NCBI GenBank assembly: GCA_965644295.1
Contig: CBFFRP010000362.1
Span: 310,001-374,000 of the forward strand
Direction: 5' to 3'
Length of the DNA: 64,000 nt
Origin: Paraphysomonas bandaiensis
Lineage: Eukaryota > Protista > Chrysophyceae
Of this stretch, positions 54,101-64,000 are shown in pieces (the first letter of the stretch is position 1; every line of letters begins with the position of its first letter). Under the pieces are notes generated by a model. The model saw nothing but the letters and a program-made list of their open reading frames with translations, was not told the origin of the DNA and did no database searches. Made by a program: the position numbers and the translations under genes.

Positions 54101-57100
54101 ATGAGCGCACTTGATGAGATTCATAACGGAAACCTGCAGAAAGTGTTTGCATCTGCTGCTGCCAAGATTAAGAAATGCAGTTGTTTTGATGTGGACACAC
54201 TGCCGATTGATGTGGCTGATATATTTTCCTACTACCTTTATCTTAAGAAGTCGCTATCTGATACAGATGCGTTTGTAAAAATTACTGAGTATTTAGAATG
54301 GCGAGAGCGTTTATCTGAAATGTCACCACCTTCGTCTTTGGACCATACTCTCGGTTGCAGTGTGATGACGATATATAAACACATGCCTGAATGCCAGTTT
54401 GGATACGACAAATATCACCGCCCGGTTGTGTATTTCTTGTTTGGACAACAAAGTATTAAAGATACACTTCGAATCATAACAAGAAAGCAAATATTCGACT
54501 ATCATCTGTGGCAAAATGATGCAATTAATGAACTGTGTTATCATAAGTCCCTGGAGTCGAACAACATTATAACATCGTGCACATTGGTTCTTGATGTGAA
54601 AGGCCTTAACAGTGATAATGCCAGTGCTGACTTTTTACACATTTTGAATCGCCGAGCTGAAGTTAATGGACGCTACTTTCCGTATTTGTATGACAAAATA
54701 GTTGTACTGAATGCTGCTCCATTGGACTCCAAGATGATCCGCACGCTGAAAGAGTTCTGTGATGTTTTCTCTCCTCGAGCGAATGTGTATTTGACAGGTG
54801 AAATTTACGATGATGCATTTTATCTCTGTTGGTGTGATTATTGTCCTCATGTATTATTTTGCGTATTGCCACTGTTATATTAAGTACGAATACCACATGG
54901 TGGATACTGTGCAAAATCTACTAACATTTGCTCCTATGCACTCATAGGTCCAGAAAGAAACCCCTCTGAAGTCTTAATCAACCATATTGACTTAGATCAA
55001 TTACCCTCCGAGTATGGAGGCCTCAAAGGATCGCTACATGCCATAACGCACCCTTTTTACGATTCGATAACTCTCAGACGGGTGGGTGGAGGTGTTTTAC
55101 CGAGGAGAAATGGCGGAGTATCTTATCCATCAACCAATGTATCTCCTGATCGCCGTGAGCATCGTAAATTTTCTACCGCCACGAACTTCAGTGCGTCACC
55201 ATATGAAGATGCGTACGACTCCTCTAGAGCGGTATCAACCGTGGCCTCGACTGGCTACCCTGATCTACCTGATGAATCTACACGAACGTATTCATCTGCA
55301 TCATCTCGCATACCTAACAATACCCGCATAGCTCGGTCCGCGTCGGTGGCTTCGTCTATCAGTGTTATCGGTGGTTCAAAAGCTGATTACGTGCTGAGCA
55401 GTGTCCCAATGACTCCTATGGCTAAAACTGCTCTCGGAGCTTTTATAGAGCTTCTCTCCGGAGGAACTCAGCCCTATGCGCCCTTACTACTTGACTTAGC
55501 TGGACTGAGTATAGATGGGCAAACGACGATATCTACCACCTCTATGTCTCCTATATCCAACCGTAGTATTGATATCCAGTCTTCTACGCACAGTGCTATG
55601 AGCTTATCCAAAGTTACTCGCAGCGTGTCAAACACCGCCCAACCGATTGCTGTTTCGTTGACGCTGAAATCATCTGTGTTTTCTATTGCTGTAGATGGGG
55701 TGCAACAAACCAGCGTAGGTCGCGGAATGGGGCCTGCTTGTGATGTGCTGTCGATCAAAACAGCATCCTCTGGCGTAGTGGTGTTAAAAGCATCCCCGGT
55801 CGTAACTAATGGTGGAGTCTACACACACAAGAGGGTCGTTTATAAGAAATATAGCGGAAATTTAATTCTGTCCAATGGACGGATATACTGCCTAACTAGA
55901 GGGGCATCTATGTGTGGGTGGCTGCAGAAATGGCCAATGCGGTGAGTGTAATGCGATTACATATATTTGTATATAGTGGTCTACTGTACCCACTGATTCA
56001 GTGTATAGCGCCGGTGTCTAGCTAGTCTTATTGTGCTGAGACGTGATGTGACCCTGTGGTAGAATTGTAGATTTGTAGGCTATTTCTATAATTTCAGGTC
56101 GCTTATCTCTAAATTTTAGGTCTCAGAGTGCGGGTAGCTATACACATAGGTACTTTATCCTCGAAGATAACGAATTGAAGTATTGGAAGGCTGCACCGAG
56201 TTCCGCAGGTTATTTTACAGATATGTTGTATGTATGGCGTGTTCGTAGTTTTCATTTCCCGAACCGTGATTAATTTAAGGATGTCTGTGTTATTGGCCCG
56301 AAGTAGCTAACTGTGTCGCTTTTGTAGAGTCATCAAGTCGTCGTACCCGCGACAACACTTCCGCGGCGCCGAATACACAGGATCCACCCAAAGGAAGTAT
56401 GGTACTCACTCATAATACCACTCTACGTCGATCCAAGACCCTCTTTGGTAGCAATACTATTGAGATTAAGTCCGAACTCGACTCTCTGACGATATGTGCG
56501 TACAATGCTGTGGAAGATACGGCATGGTATAGTGAACTGTACCATGCGATTGAGCGAGTTAAGAAATTTCACCGCGAGGCATGCAGCAATGGTATGTTTC
56601 GATGTTGCTACCCAATTCATATTTTTGTTTCCCCATTAGCTGGTATATGTTGTTGTTTGTTGGTATGTCAGTACATGTACTGTTGTGACATTCCGTGTTT
56701 GTAATTAACAGAGCGGCCGTTTCCTGAAGTGATATGGAGACAGTCGGACCCCTCATGTGTGGCTGTCGACGCAGATGTGATAGATGCGACTTCATCAGAA
56801 GAATACTTCGACTTCAGGTATTTGATATATATATAGGATTTCTTCATTCGCAATTACTATGCTTGTTTTTTCTGTTGGATGTAATGCATATATTAAACTG
56901 ATGTAGTGTTTGCAGATATAGTAACCCGGATCCCCAATCGAAACGGAGTCAAATCAGTACCATCGATGAAGGTGGTCGTGGAGTGGATGATACCACAGCT
57001 CCACCACTTCAGTACGCTGTTTTGTGTCGGGTACACACGGGTTTGTCATCCTTGCATTCTGTTCAAATTGGACAAACGGAGCATGCCCCGATAAGATTAG

Positions 57101-59770
57101 AGGTATTCTCCCGTTTATTGTGTGCTGTCCACCCAATGTGTATTCTGCAATCGTGTATGTATAAATTATAACTTGGTGTATTGGCCATTGTTTTTCATTA
57201 CTATTGAGTATTATAAAAGAACTGATGACACTTGTGCAGAACAATGATTTGGACCTAGGAGTGAAACTGATGGCTATTAAAGTATGCGGCAACTGTTTAG
57301 TAGTATCCGGGTCAAATGGATTTGTTGGAGCCGGTAAGATTCCTCAACTATCGGACTTGTCACCAAATAGTTCCTCGACTACTCCTGCAATGGAACCGCG
57401 GCGAATTTATGTCCGTAGACTTGTTAATAGTTACCACAGTGATGATACTATTGTTGGTATTCTGGTGACCCCTAGAAGTCATGGGATATCAAGTGGTAGT
57501 GATTTAAATGATATTTCGTCCACCTTATTGGCATCTGCCGACGATATGGGGGGGGTTTGTGTGTGGCGTCGTGATGGTCTACAGACCGCAGGATCAGGTT
57601 ACTCTACACCTGCCAAATCTACCGGACGAACAAGTGATTCCTGGTCATGCCTACATCACGCCAAAGTTGGCCATCGTGTCACAGCAATGTCATTTTCTCC
57701 AGATGGGAATACATTAGCCGTGACAACGCCCGAGAGAGCTATACTCTTCGATGTATCGCCGCTCTTGGCTATTTTTTCACCCTCCGATGTTTTCAACGGT
57801 GCCACGCCTAACAGGGCTGGGTCTGTGGGGCCACTATTCTCTATTCGCACGGCTGTAATTGACGACTCTGTTGGAATAAATACCCCTGAGGTTGTTTTTG
57901 CCGTGGATCTTTCGCGACCTGGGCTAGTAAAGGTCTGGAAAATTGCTCAAGGTGTGGATGTCTCTAACAATTTGACCGATGACCCACAAATGAGGTCTGA
58001 GTCGGGGTGTTCGGCTACATCGGATAACCGTAACATGGGCTATGTCGCTGACCGCGTCCACTTCACAGAGATTTCTCTTTCTCTTGCAATGAGTCGAGCA
58101 GAGAGTAGCCAACCTCTGCGTCGTATGTTTAAATTACGAAATAGTTCTCGTCCTGCGTCTACTCCAGTGAAAGAAGCGGATAAGTTACTCTCTAATTTGA
58201 ATGCAGACTCTGCATCGCCTTCGTTTTACCGTGTGGATTCATACGGAAATAAGGTACCCACCACAACGCTATGCTCTGAATCAGAAAACGGAAGTAGTGA
58301 TATGGAGAGCAGCAATTCTGTTGAGAAAGAGGATAGCTGTAATACTTTGGTAGTAGAAAGTGGAAAAGAACCATTGAAATCTAGCGTGAATGAAAAGTGC
58401 ACTCCTACGAAGCCAATGCCTATAAAATCACCAGACAATGGGTATTACGTGGATCCTTTTGGTTATGCCGATGTATTTGTGATCGACCCACTTCGTATGC
58501 ATCTGAGGGACTGGTGGTGTGATTACTCATCTAGATATTTGCTATTGGGACATGAACGAATAGCTGCGTTAACTAACTTCGAATCCGTTAGCATTTCATC
58601 TCGTACAGGTATTGTTTTGTGTTAACACCGATTGGTATTTGGAAATATTGTGTGTATCCTAGTATGATGGTACTTTTCATTTCCCGAACATGCATTTACT
58701 ATTTTGCAGTGTCACGAGCCAACAGCAGCGGCAACACAAGGAGCAGCTCTTCGAATATAGCGTCTGGTCTTGACAAGAAAAGCACAAGTATGTTTTGGTC
58801 GACTCTGACTAGCTCACTGGGGCGAAGAGTGATATGTCGGTACTACATACCATTGGAATATCATGAAAGGAGAAATAATAGTGCCAACACGAAGCGGGAT
58901 TGTATTCACTTTCTGTTATTCGTGTCGAGGTGCTTGTTTGAGACGTTAGGTGATGAGTACATAGCTGCGCTAATGACAGCATGGAAAGCCAAGTTGCTCG
59001 ATGAAACGAGAGATATACTCGAGAAATGGTCCCCGTCATGGTTCCGAGATATATCTACAACTTTTCTGGATATATTACGCCGAATAGAGCTATCTCCAGC
59101 GCTGGCTATCAACTGCTTGGAAGAGATTACGTCCACTATGCTTCGCTTATCATCAGAATGCGAATTTGACTCTGTAGCAATGAGTAGTGCCAGTCAAAAC
59201 AAGTCTGGAGAGTCAGGTGTTGTGGATCTTTCCTCTGTATTGGGAATGTTCAATGCCCTCAAAAATGCTATTTGTTTGGTGTCTGACGACTATGGTATTA
59301 ACCATGCTGTACCAGCGCCAATGGCGAAATTTATTTCGAACGGTATCCAGCCAATGCTGGCTGATGGCAAGTCAAAATCGGAAAATGTTTTGCCAGGTGT
59401 TTCCACGGATGCTTGGGTACATGAGGATGTCGATTCCATGCTTCATAGTCTGATCATAGAACCGTTGTCGTATCTAGAGCGGACCGAACCTTTTGCCGTT
59501 GCTCTTGCCGTTGTGGGGCTTCAGGGTGTTCCAGGATATATATACAAGAGCATTATGGGACGAGATGGTGTCGTTCAAGGTAGTGAGGGACATTCCAGTG
59601 GAGACCGAACCAGTGCGGAGAAACTCAGTGCAAGTGTTAAGCTAAAGAAAGAGAAAATTGGTAAAGCTGATTCGGAAGCGGGCATAGAAGGTCTAATATC
59701 AGTTATGGCACGAGAAATGCCGCCATGGATACGGTTTATTTTGACAAGCGATAGCGACAAGAGTATCTAA
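54101..59770 (+). CDS. CRAL-TRIO (Sec14) + PH + WD40 multidomain protein, multi-exon (a single gene is likely but not proven)
   Basis: CRAL-TRIO: YLEWR, GYDKYHRPV, LDVKG, YFPYL..LNA, LDQLPSEYGG. PH: GWLQK..HRYFILEDNELKYWK..AWYSELYHAI. WD: LASADDMGGVCVW, VTAMSFSPDG. Confidence 0.75.
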
Positions 59771-60418
59771 CTGTTTCATCAGTCAGGAGCGCGAGGAGAA
59801 TGGCGGACCCGTATTGCTGTGTTGTTATATATTAGTTTAATTTCGTCGAGGAAATGTGTGGTACCGCAAAATTTTCACCGTTCATATTGAGATATTTTAT
59901 AATAATCTGCAGTAACTTAATATTATTATATACTATGTCAAATAAGTATTTGCGAGGACAATGTACGAGGCATTTATACCGTAAAGATCTAGTTCCTCAT
60001 ATATTAGGCCTGGTAAACATTAAAGACCCAGTAATGCTTCATGGGTGACCAGTTCACGGTACATAAAAGTAGACTACGATGCAAGTAATATTAGACTAGA
60101 ATAATGCCTAAGTTTTATAGCTCTTAACATTAACAACTACAGTGTATAATATTGAACTAATGGGGCATCGTACTTCCACACTAACAGCACGAGGACTGCG
60201 GATTCGTGTCTACTACAAAGTACAGAGCTACGAAGACACCAATTAATATTGCAATAGAGTAACTAACCCACTTAGAGCTGTGGTTTCAATGACACTATAT
60301 AGAGGTATTAAATGCTGAAAAGAATAGTTATTTTATCATTCTACAAGCGCAGTGCTATCCAGACTCCAGACTCTCCTGGTCAGCGGTTACGTGACTTACA
60401 GAAGCAGCTTTCGTATTA

Positions 60419-60924
60419 TCATACACGAAAGCTATAAGATTTGTAGGCGTTATATGAACCAGCAAGTAGTGCGCATCCTGCCACGACACCACCTGGCATC
60501 ATTTTTCCAGTCCTGTATACAATTAAATTATAGTAACAAAACTATAGTGCATCATACTTCCAAGCTCGAGGTCCCATAAACAAAGCGAGGACAGTAGAAT
60601 TCACGACTGCTAAATCATGTCCCTCTTCCATATTTTCACCAATCATATAGCCCGCAGCAGCATAGACTCCGCCGAAGAACAGTCCGGCCATAGCTGATGC
60701 TTTGGAGCCCTTCTTCATGAAGCCATAAATGCCTATAGACATGACGCTGCATATAAGCGTGACATGACTCCTGTGATGCGGTATACTTGCCTCCGAAAGA
60801 GGTGAGCGCAGCCTGCATAGAGAGTTAGAGACATCACTCCGATACAAGCAACTGGTACATACACATACATACATATGCCTATACATACCATCGCTAGACA
60901 GGGGTGAGCACTTCCTGTGGGCAT
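60419..60924 (-). CDS. TMEM14: TMEM14-family small membrane protein, 4 exons
   Basis: SAHP..AALTSFGGIYGFMKKGSKASAMAGLFFG..MGPRAWKTGKMMPGG. Confidence 0.85.
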
Positions 60925-61419
60925 AGTGTACTGTATCTAATCACACTGAATCGTCTCCTTTATGATCGATCTTGAGGCTATTGCTTCTTATGGTGATGGA
61001 AACACAGACATGCATCCATAAGCGCACACTCCTCAGTATAGCTATATACGTATACATATACAGGCCACTCTGTATACATATACAACAGTAGACAGCACTG
61101 CATATATATGGTGTACATATAAACCAATGATATATTCCTATACACGAATAAGGTAATTTCATTGGATATTATTCCAACAGCATAAATTACCTGTTTTCCA
61201 TAAAAAGTCAGTTTTTACAGCACAAAACTCCTTATATTGTGATACTGCGGTGTAAATATTCCACATATTATCAGCTGCTGTATGTGTGCATGCATGATAG
61301 CATATCCATGTGCACCTCACACAGTGCCAGTATCACTCCTCATTGGTGAAGTATCATGCACATATCATCCCTTTCATCTCCCATATGATCATTGGAGTAA
61401 ACAGTGTGTATATCCTGTC

Positions 61420-62435
61420 ATGTTATGTCCCTCCATCTGTCGTATAGGTGTACACAGGCATCCTCATACCCTAACTGCCTATAGAGCTCACTGTGCAGCT
61501 CACAGTACACCTCTATCAGTAACAACGAATCAAGAATTTCAAGTCAAGGCCACATTAGAGTTCTCAAATGCGATATGTTCACTGGTGAATCTTCCTGTAC
61601 GGCATGGTCCGGACGATGTATGGAGGACATGCAGTGACCTCCACTCAGATGAGATCCGATTTGCGAACAGTTTGAAATCTAATCATTCTGCATTATTGTT
61701 TTGTGCTGGTCGATATGCATTGAGGAAATCGTTGCGGTCTCTGTACCATTCAGAACCGTCTTATTTTGATTTGCCGATTTTAAAGGATGTATATGGCGCA
61801 CCAGTAGTCCCTCGTGGATTCTGTGGCTCCATATCGCATAAAGAAAGTATAGCAATTGGCCTGGCAGCGGTGCGAGATACCGAGGGAACAAATTGGGGGG
61901 TCGATATCGAGTACACACAGACACAGCGCGTAGCCAGTATAGATAAAAGAATACTCACAGGTTGCTGCCTTACACCTAGTGGTGGTTTTCTTACACTGAA
62001 ATTATTGTTTGTCTATTAGACAGGGAATTAAACAGTCTGGGAAATCTCACTGAAGTGACACGTATAGAAGAGGTATTTATCTATTACAGTGTATTGTCTA
62101 GTTTTGGCCGTTTTTGTGCACTGATGTTTCTTCTTGTCCAGACCATGCTGCGATTTTCTCTCAAAGAGTCACTATTCAAAGCCATCCATCCAGTAGTGTG
62201 TCGACACGTTCGATTCAAAGAAGTTGAAGTTTATCCCTTTCCAGATGGTACTGCAGAAGTTATTTTGGGTGACGAACTTTCAGTGCATGGCTTTTGTGAT
62301 ATTCGTGCTTATTGGTGTAAAATTGACTGGGAATATACACAACTTGATGATAATGATTGTAATAGACGTGTGAGTAGAAACTACTGGGTCACATCTGTGA
62401 AATCGTATTGTAAAAATGACCCTGAAAATAGATAG
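61420..62435 (+). CDS. 4'-phosphopantetheinyl transferase (Sfp/EntD-type), 3 exons; start uncertain
   Basis: GRYALR, GAP, GSISH, GVDIE and FSLKESLFKA. Confidence 0.88.
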
Positions 62436-62684
62436 TAGTTAGTAATATTTATATTAAATATTAACAGCTAATATGAAGAATGAAGCGCAATCACTATCAA
62501 TGCAACTGCGTGCATGTTTACTTTTCACTATCATTTACTGAGCTGTAGGTGAGAATTCACAATGTGTGCGTTTACTACAATGGTGACCTTCGAATAGGAA
62601 GAGATAATAATATAGCTATCTCGTATTACTGCTTGGGGTTGTGAATTAAAATCGCGTTTACACTTGACAATAGGCAATCTCAAT

Positions 62685-64000
62685 TTAATGATGATCACTT
62701 ATTACTCTCAAATATGAAGCCAACTGAAAACATGCATATATCATCCTACAGTTATTACTTCTCTGTAAGATCGTAGCATGTGGTAAGATATCTGACTTTA
62801 AACGATGTATATACATGAAAACTTCCATGTGAAACCCACTTGCAAACTCATTAACTACTAAACTATGAACTGCATTCTTGCCGACCGACATGTGCAGTAC
62901 CATCCCCTCCAAGGCGGACACACCATCAACAATTCAATCATATCTCCTGCTTCAGGAGTTCCCAACGACGTGTTGCTGAACTCAATGTCTTGTGAGTACT
63001 CCTGGTATGTACACAGCACTGTGCCTATTAAATGAACTGCAATTATATTTTTACTTCTCCCAGGTTTTCTTCGAGAAATCATAAAGCAACTCTTATTCGA
63101 CCCACCAAAACCCTGGTCTTTGCCCACACATGTCACATGTAGCCCACGAGCACCGCTACTAGGAACATTCAAAGTGACATATCCTTTGCAATACCATCCT
63201 CTCTGCAATACATCAAGATGATTCGGAATGATGCGTGGGGATTCTGCGAGATACGTTATAGAGTCTTCTCCTTCGCGGGTCACTTCTAGTGATTGCTGCA
63301 CATTCATCACCTCTGACAGTGACATTCCTGTGGGAACTGATACAAGATCGGTAACTCGCACGGGTCTTCGACACATGGGGCATAGACAGCTTTTTGAGTC
63401 AGGTGTAGCGGAAATGTAAGACATTATGCAGGCTCGACAGAAGAAGTGTTTACAGTGTGTAGCAACGCGGTCAACATATAACTGTGATATACGTCAGAAA
63501 TCACTTCACAAGCACAATATATTGTCCATTAATATGATATCAGGACAAAGAAGGTATCGTTCATAAATATTTGTTACCTCAAAACAAACACAACAGTAGT
63601 TATCATATGAGGAATGACGCTTCATACTAGTCATCTTAACTGGCGACATGCTGCGTGAAGTAATATCGGACTCCAATCTCTGTGGAAATGGTGCTGGTAG
63701 AGCTGGTGTAGCAGTCTCTGGAACCTGCGTTTCACTCGATACATTATCTGTATCTGAAGTTGGTTGTGGGTGAGTAAATAACCAGTCAAGTGCGGCTGAA
63801 GCGATATCTTCATCTACTCCATTGGCCATTACGGAGTCTATTGCCTCACGGGCCCGCTCCTAAAATACGACCTTAGATAAACGCCAACCACATACATGTG
63901 ACACACTATATAATAATAACTCACCTCATCAATTAGGTAAGTATTATGCAAGTACATAACAATACTGGCAACGGACATACTGTCCATGACTGAATTTGCG
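62685..64000 (-). CDS. UBA + RING-finger protein (5' part outside the window)
   Basis: UBA-like IMANGVDEDIASAALDWL. The RING is split by an intron: CCVC|..CKHFFCRAC..CPMC. Confidence 0.8.

Overview
Eukaryotic nuclear DNA, AT-rich and gene-dense, with short GT-AG introns (mostly about 45-160 nt). The H3 sequence FQGSAVLAL, the multi-TM hybrid histidine kinase and the hAT-type remnant suggest a stramenopile, possibly chrysophyte-like (inference). About 24 protein-coding genes are present. Recognisable ones are a BRG1/SNF2 remodeller, hybrid histidine kinase, histones H1, H3 and H4, inositol 5-phosphatase-C2, Kv channel, FAAP100-like, JmjC, DUF4604, M14-like secreted peptidase, lipase 3, adrenodoxin reductase, SPFH, a Gly-rich multi-TM receptor-like protein, Rab5, CRAL-TRIO-PH-WD40, TMEM14, PPTase and UBA-RING. 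The strongest signal is a shared cis-regulatory code on the three histone genes: common promoter motifs, a 3' GGTGTT-N4-AACACC stem-loop, and GGAAT exactly 11 nt after the stem in all three, which resembles a U7-type histone downstream element. Also present are a rearranged copia LTR element with a perfect 129-bp internal fold-back and non-TG/CA ends, long (TATG)n arrays at promoters, and several imperfect intergenic hairpins. Exon boundaries were inferred by eye and gene spans include introns.
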